Positions 10,880 through 21,108 of a stretch of DNA of 64,000 nt are shown here, piece after piece. The notes beneath the pieces were generated by a model, which saw only the letters and a program-made list of their open reading frames with translations, did not search any database and was not told the DNA's origin. A program made the translations under genes and the position numbers. Within the stretch, counting starts at the first letter, position 1. Every line of letters begins with the position of its first letter. Source of the stretch: Vicinamibacteria bacterium (GTDB taxonomy: Bacteria > Acidobacteriota > Vicinamibacteria > Marinacidobacterales > Marinacidobacteraceae); assembly GCA_964291235.2 (NCBI GenBank), contig OZ219816.1:288001-352000 (forward strand). The letters are read 5' to 3'.

Positions 10880-11952
10880 CGTGCGCCTCCCGCGAGGTCG
10901 TCGAGACGGGCGGCGAGCTGTTCCGCCGGGCGGTCGCGCACAAGTTGCCGCGCCGCGCTGGACATCCCGGCCCGCCGGTCCGGGTCGTCGAGGAGGGAGC
11001 AGAGCGCGCGGGCGAACTCCGCTCCCGAAGCGCTCTCGTCCATCGTGAGCGCCGCTCCCGCGTCCGCCAGCGCCGCGGCGTTTTGCCGCTGGTGCCCGCC
11101 GGCGACCGGGGCCGGAATCAGGATTCCGGGCCGCCCGGCGGCCATGAGCTCGGCGCAGGTGATCGCTCCCGCCCGGCCCACCACCAGATCGGCCGCCGCC
11201 ATCGCCTCCGGCATGTCGTCGAGGTAGGCCACCACCTCGGCTCCCAGTCCGGATTCCCGATAGGCGTCGCGCACCTCGGCTTCCTCCGCGGGACCGGTCT
11301 GGTGGGTGATGCGCAGGCGCCCGCTCCGCTCGCGAAGCACGGGCAACGAGTCCACCACCAGCCGATTCAGCCGGGAGGCTCCCTGGCTGCCGCCGGTGAC
11401 GAGCACCGATACGGCCCCGTTGTTGCCGGAGCGGGGTTCCACGCCGAAGAACTCGGAACGCACCGGGATCCCGGCGACCAGCGCCGGACGCCGGAAATAG
11501 CGCCGGGTGCCTTCCCAGGCGACGGCGATCTCGGTGGCGAACGGTGCGCTCCAGCGCGTCGCGAAACCGGGCTCGGCGTTCGGTTCCAGAATCAGCGACG
11601 GGATTCCGAGGAGCCGCGCCGCGAACACCGCGACCCCGGACACCGATCCGCCGGTTCCGAAGACGGCATCGGGACGAAACTTCCGCAGCAGGCGGCGCAT
11701 CGCGGCGAGCGAGCGAAGGAGCCGGACCGCGGTGCGGGGCAGGACGAGAGGCGAGCGGCCCCGAATGGGAGGGACCTCGACGAGATCGAGGGAGAACCCG
11801 TGGCGGGGAACGAGGCGGCCCTCAAGCCCCCGCATGGTGCCCACGAAGCGGACCTCGGCGGGCCCTCGCGCGGCAAACGCGCGCGCCACCGCCAGCCCCG
11901 GATAGATGTGTCCGCCGCTGCCGGCCGCCGCGACCAGGAGACGCCGTCTCAT
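10876..11952 (-). CDS. murG: Lipid II N-acetylglucosaminyltransferase MurG
   Basis: GSGGHIYP, GGSQGA, RAGAIT, HQRQNA; ATG coupled to ftsW stop. Confidence 0.95.
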   Translation of the reverse strand: MRRRLLVAAAGSGGHIYPGLAVARAFAARGPAEVRFVGTMRGLEGRLVPRHGFSLDLVEVPPIRGRSPLVLPRTAVRLLRSLAAMRRLLRKFRPDAVFGTGGSVSGVAVFAARLLGIPSLILEPNAEPGFATRWSAPFATEIAVAWEGTRRYFRRPALVAGIPVRSEFFGVEPRSGNNGAVSVLVTGGSQGASRLNRLVVDSLPVLRERSGRLRITHQTGPAEEAEVRDAYRESGLGAEVVAYLDDMPEAMAAADLVVGRAGAITCAELMAAGRPGILIPAPVAGGHQRQNAAALADAGAALTMDESASGAEFARALCSLLDDPDRRAGMSSAARQLVRDRPAEQLAARLDDLAGGAR

Positions 11953-13034
11953 GGAACCCTCTGGGAAACCGACAGCACGAGGCCCGCCGCCAGCATGGTG
12001 GTGACGAGCGCGGAGCCGCCGGCCGAGATGAACGGGAGCGGCAACCCGGTGGTCGGGAGGATCGCGGTCGCCACGCTGAAGTTCAAAAAAGCCTGAAAAG
12101 CGATGGTCAGCGTCGCGCCCACCCCGAGCAACATGCCGAAGCGGTCCGGAACCCGCGAGGAAACGACCAGGCCGCGCACGGTGAACAGCAGGAAGAAGAG
12201 CACCACCAGCCCCGCCCCGATGAAGCCCAGTTCCTCGCCGACCACGGAAAAGATGAAGTCGGAGTGCGGTTCGGGAAGGTAGAGCAGCTTCTGCCGGCTG
12301 GCCGCGAATCCCACCCCCGTCAGGCCGCCGCTGCCAAGCGCGATGAGGGATTGGCTCAACTGGAAACCGTCGCCCAGCGGGTCGGCGAAGGGATCGAGAA
12401 ACGTCAGAATCCGGGCGATGCGGTAGTCGGCGGCCAGCACCCCGGCGCCAAAGATGGGAATCCCCAGCGCCAGCAGGCCGGCCAGGTGTTTCAGGCGCGC
12501 CCCGCCGATGAAAATCACCGCCGCCCCGACCAGCACCAACAGGGTCGCGGTTCCGAGATCGGGCTGCAGATAGATCAGGATGGCGAGAAAACCCGTACAG
12601 GCGAGCGGTAACACCAGCGCCCGGAACGAGTCCGCGCTCCGAACCGCGAGCAGGTGGGCCAGCGCCACCACGAGCCCAAGCCGCGCCGGTTCCGACGGCT
12701 GCAGGGTGAATCCAGCGAACTGCACCCAGCGATGCACCCCGTTGATCGGAGGCGACTGGAGCGCCGCGAAGAGGGACACGATGACCGCCCCGTACACCGC
12801 CCACGCCACCGCCGGACGATTCAGGAGCCGGTAGTCCGAGCGGGCCACCGCGATCATCGCGAGACAGCCGATCAGGGCCCAGGCCGACTGGCGTCCCAGG
12901 AAGAAGGACGGACTGCGGTCGCTCGCGTCCGCCACGATGGCCGAGGCGCTGTAGAGCATGACCAGCCCGAACACCAGGAGCCCGAGCGTCAGCAGGAACA
13001 GGGGCCGGTCGGGAGCCATGCGCCGGCCCGTCAT
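11949..13034 (-). CDS. ftsW: SEDS peptidoglycan polymerase FtsW
   Basis: Multi-TM; QPSE, QPDLGT, LPEPHSDFIFSVVGEELG, LPFISAGGS. Confidence 0.96.
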   Translation of the reverse strand: MTGRRMAPDRPLFLLTLGLLVFGLVMLYSASAIVADASDRSPSFFLGRQSAWALIGCLAMIAVARSDYRLLNRPAVAWAVYGAVIVSLFAALQSPPINGVHRWVQFAGFTLQPSEPARLGLVVALAHLLAVRSADSFRALVLPLACTGFLAILIYLQPDLGTATLLVLVGAAVIFIGGARLKHLAGLLALGIPIFGAGVLAADYRIARILTFLDPFADPLGDGFQLSQSLIALGSGGLTGVGFAASRQKLLYLPEPHSDFIFSVVGEELGFIGAGLVVLFFLLFTVRGLVVSSRVPDRFGMLLGVGATLTIAFQAFLNFSVATAILPTTGLPLPFISAGGSALVTTMLAAGLVLSVSQRVP

Positions 13035-14440
13035 TGCCGGCCTCCCGCGGCGTCCGCGAGGCGCGCCACCAGGGCGCGGAACCGCGTTCCCCGGGCGCCA
13101 TAGTTCTCAAAGAGATCGAAACTGGAACAGCCGGGCGAGAGCAGGACGATTCCGCCGGGACCCGAACGCCGAAACGCCGTCTCCACCGCCTCGTCGAGGG
13201 TGTCGTGGACGTCCACCGGGACGCTCCGGATCTCGGCGGCGATCCGGTTCCGTGTCCGTCCGATCGCGTGGATTCCGTCCACCGGGCCCAGCGATTCCGC
13301 AAGGTCGGAAAACCGGCCGCCCTTGAGGATCCCGCCCAGAATGAGCTGGATGCGGCCGCTGCCAGTCTCGGAGAGCGTGTCGAGAGCCGCCCGGGTGGCT
13401 TGCAGATTCGTGGCGCGGGAGTCGTTGATGAAGCGGACCCCCGCCACCGATCCGGCCTCCTCCAGGGCGTGCGGAAGACCCGAGAACTCGGCCGCGGCCG
13501 ACTCCATCGCCTCCTGACCGACGCCCAGCAGGCTTCCGGCGGCGGCCGCGGCCGCAAGGTTCCGCCGCTGGTGGCGGCCCCGCAGCCGGAGCGCCGAGAA
13601 GCGGGCGAGAACACGGGTTGTCGCCCGGTCGCGCCTGACGACGCTCTCCGCGCCGAGGAGGACTTCCGGATCGAGTGTCCCGCCGGTGTCCCGGAACGGC
13701 AGCACCCGCGCGCCGCACGCCCGGGCGGCGTGGGTTGCGAGAATGAGAGCCACCGCATCATCCCCATCGACAACAATCCAATCGGAAGCCGTCTGGTTCT
13801 CGAAGATCCGGGCCTTGGACCGGCGGTAGTCGGCCAGATCGGGGTGCCAGTCGAGATGGTCCTGACCCACCTCGAGGAGCACCGCGACCCGGGCGCGGAA
13901 CCGGCCGATGGTCGCCAATTGAAAGCTGGAGGTTTCGACGACCGCGATCTCGTCGGGCCCGAACGACCCGGCGAGCGCGGTGAGTGGTTCGCCGAGGTTC
14001 CCGCACGCCCTCGCCGGAATTCCCTGGGCTCCAAGGGCCGCCGCGAGCAGCGTCACGACGCTCGACTTCCCCTTGGTTCCGGTCACCGCCACCAGCCGCT
14101 CCGCCGGCTCGCCGAGCGCCCGGAATCCGAGCTCCAGTTCGCCCCACACGGGAACGCGTTCCCGGCGGGCCGCCCGCAGGATGTCCGTTCCCGGGGCCAC
14201 CCCCGGACTCGTCACCACGAGCGACATCCCGGCCAGCAGCGACGGGGGATGACCCCCGAAATGAACCTCGGCCCCCATGGACCGGAGCGCCGCGGCCGCG
14301 GGAATCCGGGTTTCCGGACGCGAGTCCGCGACCAGCACCCGGCGCCCGGTCCGGCGGAGATAGCGCGCCGCCGCCTGTCCGCTTGCACCCGCGCCCAGCA
14401 CCAGAACGTCCGGCCCCGGGACAGCGTCTGAAAGCTTCAT
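13031..14440 (-). CDS. murD: UDP-MurNAc-L-Ala--D-Glu ligase
   Basis: VTGTKGKSS, ETSSFQL, DHLDWH, NDSRATN, LLSPGCSSFD. Confidence 0.95.
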   Translation of the reverse strand: MKLSDAVPGPDVLVLGAGASGQAAARYLRRTGRRVLVADSRPETRIPAAAALRSMGAEVHFGGHPPSLLAGMSLVVTSPGVAPGTDILRAARRERVPVWGELELGFRALGEPAERLVAVTGTKGKSSVVTLLAAALGAQGIPARACGNLGEPLTALAGSFGPDEIAVVETSSFQLATIGRFRARVAVLLEVGQDHLDWHPDLADYRRSKARIFENQTASDWIVVDGDDAVALILATHAARACGARVLPFRDTGGTLDPEVLLGAESVVRRDRATTRVLARFSALRLRGRHQRRNLAAAAAAGSLLGVGQEAMESAAAEFSGLPHALEEAGSVAGVRFINDSRATNLQATRAALDTLSETGSGRIQLILGGILKGGRFSDLAESLGPVDGIHAIGRTRNRIAAEIRSVPVDVHDTLDEAVETAFRRSGPGGIVLLSPGCSSFDLFENYGARGTRFRALVARLADAAGGRQ

Positions 14441-14443
14441 CGG

Positions 14444-15526
14444 TCATCGCAGCTTCAGGGTGGTGAGGGTGGCGAGCGCACAGAGAACGGCCAGAATCCA
14501 GAACCGGACGCTCACCTGCGTCTCCTTCCAGCCGGCAAGTTCGAAGTGATGGTGGAGCGGCGCCATCCTGAAGAGCCGGCGACCGGTGAGCTTGAAACTC
14601 GCCACCTGCAGAATCACCGAGGCGGTTTCCATCACGAACACTCCGCCGACGATCACCAGCAGCATCTCCTGCCGGATCAGGATCGCCTGAATACCGATTG
14701 CCGCACCGAGCGCCAGCGAGCCCACGTCGCCCATGAAGACGCGCGCGGGGTGGGCGTTGAACCACAAGAAGCCCAGCGCCGCCCCGGTGATCGCCGCCCC
14801 GAAGATGGTCACCTCGGAGGCGCCCGGGAGGTAGAGGATGTCGAGGTAGGCCGAGAACTCGGCGTGCCCCGCGAGGTAGGTCAGCGCCGTATAGACGGCG
14901 GCCGCAACCAGCACGCAACCGGCGGCGAGACCGTCGAGGCCGTCGGTCAGGTTGACCGCGTTCGAGGAGGCCACGAGGACCGCCATCACGGCGGGCACGA
15001 ACAGCAGTGCGAGTTCCGGTTGGAACTCCTTGAAGAAGGGGAACACCACGCGAGTGGTGAACTCGCCGCTGCCGGCGTACCAGAGGAGGAACCCGCCTAC
15101 GACCAATGCGAGCAGGAGCTGGACACCGAACTTCGTGCGGGCACTGAGTCCGATCCCGTCCCCGCGCCTCAGCTTTTTCCAATCGTCCACAAATCCCAGC
15201 GTCCCGTAGCTCGCCATCGTCAGGACCGCGACCCAAACGAGCACGTTCCCCAGATCGGCCCAGAGCAGGGTGGAAACGATCACCGAGCCCACGATCAGGA
15301 CTCCGCCCATGGTCGGCGTTCCGGCCTTGTGGTGGTGGGCCGGGCCGTCGGCGCGGATCCGCTCTCCCACCCGGAGGCGCGACAGCCGCGAGATCACCAG
15401 GGGCCCGAGGCCGAGCGACAGGATGATGGCGGTGGCGGCCGCCGCCGCGGTGCGCACCGACACGTACCGGAATACGTTGAAGGCGCTGAACTCGTCCGCC
15501 AGGGAGAAGAGGAGTTCGCCGAGCAT
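14444..15526 (-). CDS. mraY: Phospho-MurNAc-pentapeptide transferase
   Basis: KAGTPTMGG, NAVNLTDGLDGLA, FMGDVGS, MAPLHHHFE. Confidence 0.98.
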   Translation of the reverse strand: MLGELLFSLADEFSAFNVFRYVSVRTAAAAATAIILSLGLGPLVISRLSRLRVGERIRADGPAHHHKAGTPTMGGVLIVGSVIVSTLLWADLGNVLVWVAVLTMASYGTLGFVDDWKKLRRGDGIGLSARTKFGVQLLLALVVGGFLLWYAGSGEFTTRVVFPFFKEFQPELALLFVPAVMAVLVASSNAVNLTDGLDGLAAGCVLVAAAVYTALTYLAGHAEFSAYLDILYLPGASEVTIFGAAITGAALGFLWFNAHPARVFMGDVGSLALGAAIGIQAILIRQEMLLVIVGGVFVMETASVILQVASFKLTGRRLFRMAPLHHHFELAGWKETQVSVRFWILAVLCALATLTTLKLR

Positions 15527-16908
15527 CAGGAGTCTCCTCCGCTGGGGGCCTCGAGCCGGCGGAGCGACCGATCGAGTCCCACCGCCCGGGAAGCCTTGAA
15601 AAGAACCAGGTCGCCCGGCTGGAGCACCCCCGCAACGAGCGCCGCCGCCTCCTCCGGATCGTCCGCGGCGAGCGTGTCCGATCCGAGCGACGCGGCTTCC
15701 TCGACCAGCGTTCGGCCGAGGGGGCCCACGCCCACGATCAGATCGAAGTGCAGTTCGCCCGCGAGTCGCCCGCAGGCCCGATGCATCGGCTCGGCGTCGT
15801 CGCCGAGTTCGAGCATGCCGCCCACCACCACGATGCGCCGGCCGGCGGGCAAGCCCGCGAACTCGCGCAGGACGGCGCGCAGCGCGCGGGGGCTCGCGTT
15901 GTACGTCTCGTCCAGCGCGACGGCTCCGCCCCGGAGGCGAACCCTCGTCCCGCGGCCCGGGAGCGGGGCGAGGTCCGCGACCCCGCGGGCGGCGGATTCG
16001 ATCGGCACGTCAACCACGGTCGCCGCGGCCAGGCCGGCGAGCACGTTCTCCGCGTTGTGACGGCCGGCGAGGCCGCACGACACCGATACGGCGGGACCAC
16101 CGAAAGCACTGACCTCGAAGGCCAGCCCGGAGGGACCGGCAGCGTAGCCGGAGCCCCGGACATCCACGCCTTCCGAAAAGCCGTAGGTCACGCGGCGCCC
16201 CGCGAAACGGTCCGCCTGGGCGCAAACGAGTTCGTCGTCGGCGTTGACGACCGCGGTGGCGCCGGCGGGCAAGGCCTCGAAGAGTTCCCCCTTGGCGGCG
16301 GCGATGGCGCCGAGCGACCCGAAGTACTCCAGGTGGGCCTCGGCGATGGTGGTCACGACGCCGCAGTCGGGGACCGCAATTTCCGTGAGCGTGCGGATCT
16401 CGCCCGCCGCCGACATCCCCAGTTCCACCACCCCCACTTCCTCGTCCTCGCGGGCGAGCAACGAGAGGGGCAGTCCCCACTGGTTGTTCAGGTTTCCCCG
16501 GGACCGAAAGACGGAACGGGCGGCGCCGATGGCGGCCGCCGCCGCTTCCTTGGTGGTTGTCTTGCCGAGACTTCCGGTGATCGCGACGATGCGGGCGCCG
16601 CTCTTCAACCGCTCGTCCCGCGCGAGGGCTCCGAGCGCCTGGGTCGGATCGGAGACCCGGATCAGGAAGCCTCCGGACTGCGCCTCCTCCCGAGCCCGGT
16701 ATCCGCTCTCGACGACCACTCCGGCGGCTCCCGCGCGAAACGCGTCGGACACGAAGGCGTGACCGTCATGCCGGGGACCCCGGATCGCGAAGAAGAGATC
16801 GCCCGGAGCAAGGGTGCGGGTGTCGATCGAAACCCCGGTAGCCCTTCCGGCCGCCCCTTCGAAGGCGCCCCCCATGGCCCGGGCCGCCTCCCGGCCGTCG
16901 AGTCTCAT
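15526..16908 (-). CDS. murF: UDP-MurNAc-tripeptide--D-Ala-D-Ala ligase
   Basis: ITGSLGKTTTKE, NLNNQWGLP, ETYNASP, FKASR. Confidence 0.95.
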   Translation of the reverse strand: MRLDGREAARAMGGAFEGAAGRATGVSIDTRTLAPGDLFFAIRGPRHDGHAFVSDAFRAGAAGVVVESGYRAREEAQSGGFLIRVSDPTQALGALARDERLKSGARIVAITGSLGKTTTKEAAAAAIGAARSVFRSRGNLNNQWGLPLSLLAREDEEVGVVELGMSAAGEIRTLTEIAVPDCGVVTTIAEAHLEYFGSLGAIAAAKGELFEALPAGATAVVNADDELVCAQADRFAGRRVTYGFSEGVDVRGSGYAAGPSGLAFEVSAFGGPAVSVSCGLAGRHNAENVLAGLAAATVVDVPIESAARGVADLAPLPGRGTRVRLRGGAVALDETYNASPRALRAVLREFAGLPAGRRIVVVGGMLELGDDAEPMHRACGRLAGELHFDLIVGVGPLGRTLVEEAASLGSDTLAADDPEEAAALVAGVLQPGDLVLFKASRAVGLDRSLRRLEAPSGGDS

Positions 16909-18506
16909 GAGAGGGAGATCCCCAGCGCGCCGGCAACAACCTGCCGGTCGTCGAAAGGAATCCGGTGGTTCCCGAGTTCCTGATACGTCTCGTGCCCCTT
17001 GCCGGCGACCAGGACCAGGTCGTCCGGCCCCGCCACGGCCACCGCGCTCTCGATGGCGCGCCGGCGGTCCGGCTCGGCCAGCACCTCGGCGCCAAGCGCC
17101 GGGTTCTCCGCGCCAGCCCGGATCTCGTCGATGATCGCGTCCGGCTCCTCCCCGCGCGGGTTGTCGGAGGTCAGGATCACCCGGTCCGCGAGCCTCGCGG
17201 CGGCATCTCCCATGAGCGCGCGCTTGTCGCGGTCGCGGTCTCCGCCGCAGCCGAAGACCACCAGCAGCCGGCCCTCGCCCACGAGGCAGCGGGCGGCCGC
17301 CAGCGCCCGTGCGAGCGCATCCGGCGTGTGTGCGTAGTCCACCAGGACGGCCGGCTCCCGGCCCCCTCGCCGCCGCTCCCGCGACAACCCGATCCGCTCC
17401 ATCCGGCCCGGTGGCGGAGAGATGGCGGAGAGGACCTCGGCGACCCGCGCCCCGTCGAATCCGAGCGCGGTGAGCGCCGTCCAGGCCGCCGCCAGGTTCA
17501 GGCCGCTGAAGTGCCCGAGCATCGGGCTCGAGAGTTCGTGACGTCCGCCAGGCCCCTCGAGCCGCACCCGGGTTCCGTCGAGGTCCGAGTGAATCGCCCC
17601 CAGCTGGACCGTGGCCCCGGAAGCGGCGCCGAAGGTCACCACGTTCACATCGGGGCGAAGCTTCGAAAGCTCGCCCGCGAGACGGACGCCGAAGGGATCG
17701 TCCCAGGACACCACCGCGGTCCCGCCGCGACGGAGCAAATCCGTGAAGAGCCCCCGTTTCGCGAGGAAGTAGTCGTCAAACCCACCGTGAAAGTCGAGGT
17801 GGTCCCGGGTGAGGTTCGTGAAGACCGCCACCTCGAAGACCGTGCCGCCGAGCCGCCCCTGCCGGAGGCCATGCGAGGAACACTCCACCGCTCCGGCGCG
17901 GCAGCCGGCGGCGAGCGCGTTCGCCAGCAGCTCCTGAAATTCGGGAGCCTCGCGGGTGGTAAGCCCGGAAACGACGGGACCGAGCGATCGGCCCCCGATG
18001 GACACCCGGTGCCCCACGGTCCCGCAGTAGAGGCTTCCCGCAGCCTCCCGCTGCAAGAACTCGTCGAGCAGCCACGCCACGGTGGTCTTCCCGTTGGTCC
18101 CCGTGACGCCGACGAGCCGCATCCGCTCCGACGGCCGGTCGTGGAACGCAGCCGCGACCGGGCCCGCGGCCCGGCGCGAATCGCGCACCCGGGCGAAGGG
18201 GATTCGAGGGGTCGGGGGCGCCGCTTCCACGAGGGTGGCGGCGGCCCCGGCGGCGGCGGCGGCGGTCACAAAGTCGTGGCCGTCGAAACGCTCCCCGCGC
18301 ACCGCGACGAAGAGACTTCCGGGTTCGACACGCCGGGAATCACAGGTGACTCCGCGGATCTCCCGGTCGCCGGCGCCAGCGGACAGTTCCGCTTCCACGC
18401 CGCCGAGGAGTTGCGAGAACCGGCGAGGCGGAGCGCCGGCTACCGGCACGGATGCGTCGGAAACCCCGGGATTCGATGGACGGCAGTCGGTTCCCTCGGC
18501 GTTCAT
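16905..18506 (-). CDS. murE: UDP-MurNAc-dipeptide--meso-DAP ligase (start uncertain)
   Basis: VTGTNGKTT, FTNLTRDHLDFH, DYAHTPD, DNPR (DAP-type), AGKGHE. Confidence 0.95.
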   Translation of the reverse strand: MNAEGTDCRPSNPGVSDASVPVAGAPPRRFSQLLGGVEAELSAGAGDREIRGVTCDSRRVEPGSLFVAVRGERFDGHDFVTAAAAAGAAATLVEAAPPTPRIPFARVRDSRRAAGPVAAAFHDRPSERMRLVGVTGTNGKTTVAWLLDEFLQREAAGSLYCGTVGHRVSIGGRSLGPVVSGLTTREAPEFQELLANALAAGCRAGAVECSSHGLRQGRLGGTVFEVAVFTNLTRDHLDFHGGFDDYFLAKRGLFTDLLRRGGTAVVSWDDPFGVRLAGELSKLRPDVNVVTFGAASGATVQLGAIHSDLDGTRVRLEGPGGRHELSSPMLGHFSGLNLAAAWTALTALGFDGARVAEVLSAISPPPGRMERIGLSRERRRGGREPAVLVDYAHTPDALARALAAARCLVGEGRLLVVFGCGGDRDRDKRALMGDAAARLADRVILTSDNPRGEEPDAIIDEIRAGAENPALGAEVLAEPDRRRAIESAVAVAGPDDLVLVAGKGHETYQELGNHRIPFDDRQVVAGALGISLS

Positions 18507-20725
18507 TCGGAGCGGCTCGGGTGGTTTCCCACCGACGTTTCTCCCTGGATTTCGGCGGCCTCCGCCGGGTCACCCGTTGACGGGGCACTCTCGACTTCGG
18601 CCGCCGCCTCCGATTCAGGGCCATTTCCGTCCGACGGACGCTCGGCGGCTTCCCCCTGGCGCGAATCCGACTCCGTCGGGAAAGCGGTCCCGGCCGCCGC
18701 GACCACGACGGTCTCCCGGGTGCGGGGTTCGGCGCGAGCTCCGTCTCGAAGTTGCGACGCGAGGAGATCACGCGCCGGGAGTTCCCGCTCCGCCGCCGGG
18801 CCACCCGGAGGAGCTGGCGCCAGCTGCCCGCTCCCGATCGCGGCGAGTTCCCGGCCGCCCCGGCCCGAACTGACCAGCCGTTCCGTCGCCCACCCGGTCC
18901 TCCGGTATCGCCAGAGCACGCGGTCGGCGATTCTCCCGAAGACCCGTGCGGCGCCTGCTCCGCTGTGGTTGGGCTTTTGGACATCGAGAATCACGACTCC
19001 GGTGAAGAGGGGATTGCGAGTCGGCGCGAAACCGGCGAACGAGGCGATGTAGTCGGTGGCCGAGTAGCCGCCCCGCTCCGCCTTCTGCGCGGTCCCGGTC
19101 TTTCCGGCAATCGAAAAGCCGTCCACCGACGCCGAGCCGCCGGTTCCGCGCTGGACCACCCCCGCGAGAAGCCGGCTCACCCGGGCCGCGGTCGTTTCGG
19201 TCACGACCCGACGACCGGGCGCCCGTGGCTGCGGTTCCCCGCCCACCTCGCGAATCAGGTGGAGGGGCCGGAATTCCCCGCCCGCGGCGATCGAGTTGAC
19301 ACCCTGAACCAGTTGCACCGGAGTCACCGCGATTCCCTGGCCGAAGGAGACCGTCGCCAACCGGATCGGCCGCCAGTTCCCTCCCCCCGGCACGATCCCG
19401 CGACTCTCGGCGCCCAGCGGCAACCCGGTGGGTTCGCCGAAACCGAAGGCATCCAGATACGTGCGAAGCGTCTGGGAGCCGAGGCGGGAGGCGACCTGAA
19501 GGATGCCGATGTTGGAGGAGCGTTCGATGACGCCGGCGAAGTTCAGGGGACCGAGCGGTTTCCAGTCGCGAACGATCCGCCGGCCGATGCGATAGCTGCC
19601 GTCGAAGGTGTCGAAGTCCTCCTCTTCGTCAGTCACCCCCTCCTCGAGAGCGGCCGCCGCGGTAAAGATCTTGAAGACGGACCCCGGTTCGTACGGATCC
19701 GTGATGCTCCGGTTGGCGAGTGTGGCCGCCGGTATCTGCCGCGCGCGATTTGGATCGAAGGTGGGCGCGCTGGCCATCGCCAGCACCTCACCGGTCTCCG
19801 GCTGCACCAGGATCACCGCCCCCGAAGTCGCGGAAAGCTCGGCCATGGCGATCTCGAGTTCCTCCTCAGCGACGGCCTGCAGATAGGAGTCGATCGTCAG
19901 CTCGATGTCGGCTCCCGGCCGTGACTCCCGGACCACGCGGCTTTCCCGGCCGGTCCGCCGGCCGTCGGTCCAGACGGTGCGCCGGCCCGGCTCTCCGTGG
20001 AGCACCTCATCGAGGGCGAACTCGATCCCGCCCAGGCCGTCGTTGTCGGCTCCCACGAAGCCGAGGACATGAGCCGCCAGGGGACCGCCCGGATAGAAGC
20101 GTCCGTATTCCTCGATCGTCCCCACCGGAAAACCGGTCTCCCGGGCGCACGCGACCTCATCCGCGGTGGCTTTCCGCTTCAGCCAGGAAAATTGGGAAGT
20201 CCGGCTCAGCCGGCGCGCAATCAGTTCCGCGGAGGTGTCGAGACACGCCGCCAGTCGTCCGGCCGCCGTCGGAATCACCCCCGGGGCATAGTCGGGCGGG
20301 ACCACGTACACCGAATCCACCCCGACGGTCAGCGCCAGCGGTCTTCCGTGGCGATCGTAGATCCGTCCCCGAAACGGCGGGATCGTGAGCTCGTGATGGT
20401 GCTGGCGATCCGCACGGCGCACCATGGTCTCGTGGTCGAGAACCTGGATCTGGACCAGTTGCCCCAGGATCAGGGCCGCCCAGACTCCCATCAGGACCGC
20501 TCCCACGATCGAACGGCGCCGGAGTTCCGCTCCCCCTCCGCTGCCCGAGGATCCGGCGCCGCCCGGCGCCCGGGGAGTCTCGGCAGCAGCCGGCGGCGCG
20601 GGTTCGGGCCGGCGCCTTGGCCTGCGGGCCGGCCTCCGGGCCGCCGATTTGGGGAGCGGCGCGGGCAGATCCGGGAAAAGGCTGTTGGGGGGGCGCGATC
20701 CCGGGTTCTCGCGGGACGGGCTCAT
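18503..20725 (-). CDS. ftsI: Class B penicillin-binding protein FtsI
   Basis: SxxK (GSVFK), SSN, KTGTAQK; N-terminal TM; disordered termini. Confidence 0.94.
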   Translation of the reverse strand: MSPSRENPGSRPPNSLFPDLPAPLPKSAARRPARRPRRRPEPAPPAAAETPRAPGGAGSSGSGGGAELRRRSIVGAVLMGVWAALILGQLVQIQVLDHETMVRRADRQHHHELTIPPFRGRIYDRHGRPLALTVGVDSVYVVPPDYAPGVIPTAAGRLAACLDTSAELIARRLSRTSQFSWLKRKATADEVACARETGFPVGTIEEYGRFYPGGPLAAHVLGFVGADNDGLGGIEFALDEVLHGEPGRRTVWTDGRRTGRESRVVRESRPGADIELTIDSYLQAVAEEELEIAMAELSATSGAVILVQPETGEVLAMASAPTFDPNRARQIPAATLANRSITDPYEPGSVFKIFTAAAALEEGVTDEEEDFDTFDGSYRIGRRIVRDWKPLGPLNFAGVIERSSNIGILQVASRLGSQTLRTYLDAFGFGEPTGLPLGAESRGIVPGGGNWRPIRLATVSFGQGIAVTPVQLVQGVNSIAAGGEFRPLHLIREVGGEPQPRAPGRRVVTETTAARVSRLLAGVVQRGTGGSASVDGFSIAGKTGTAQKAERGGYSATDYIASFAGFAPTRNPLFTGVVILDVQKPNHSGAGAARVFGRIADRVLWRYRRTGWATERLVSSGRGGRELAAIGSGQLAPAPPGGPAAERELPARDLLASQLRDGARAEPRTRETVVVAAAGTAFPTESDSRQGEAAERPSDGNGPESEAAAEVESAPSTGDPAEAAEIQGETSVGNHPSRSE

Positions 20726-21108
20726 CGCGCCTCCGAGTTGCCCGGATCCAGCAGGATCCCGGCCGGAGCCTCAGGAGTCTCGAGAATTACCCGTTCCCCG
20801 GCAGGTTCCAATCCGTGGGTTTCGCGGGCCAGCCGCTCGACGGAACGCGGATCGGTGAGTTCGCTCAACTCGAGCCGGTAGCGCTCGATGTCCTTTTCGA
20901 GTCGTTCCCGCTCCAGCCGAAGTTCTTCCACCCGGTAGCCGAGCCGAATTGCTTCGAGGTGGGGCCAGGTGGCGGCGACCGCGGCCACCAGGGCGAAGAT
21001 GCCGATCGCCAGATAGAGGAGCAACTGCGCGTAACGCCGGCGGTCGAGCTTGCGGTGCAGCCACTGGTTGTCCGGACGGTAGGTCACCTCGAAGCGCTCG
21101 GGCGTCAT
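20722..21108 (-). CDS. ftsL: Cell division protein FtsL
   Basis: TM plus leucine zipper, SVERLARETHGL; lies between rsmH and ftsI. Confidence 0.85.
   Translation of the reverse strand: MTPERFEVTYRPDNQWLHRKLDRRRYAQLLLYLAIGIFALVAAVAATWPHLEAIRLGYRVEELRLERERLEKDIERYRLELSELTDPRSVERLARETHGLEPAGERVILETPEAPAGILLDPGNSEAR

Noticed and set aside
10876-14034. 1052-aa MurG fusion ORF
   Set aside because: The upstream part is an off-frame shadow of murD and ftsW; real murG starts at 11952
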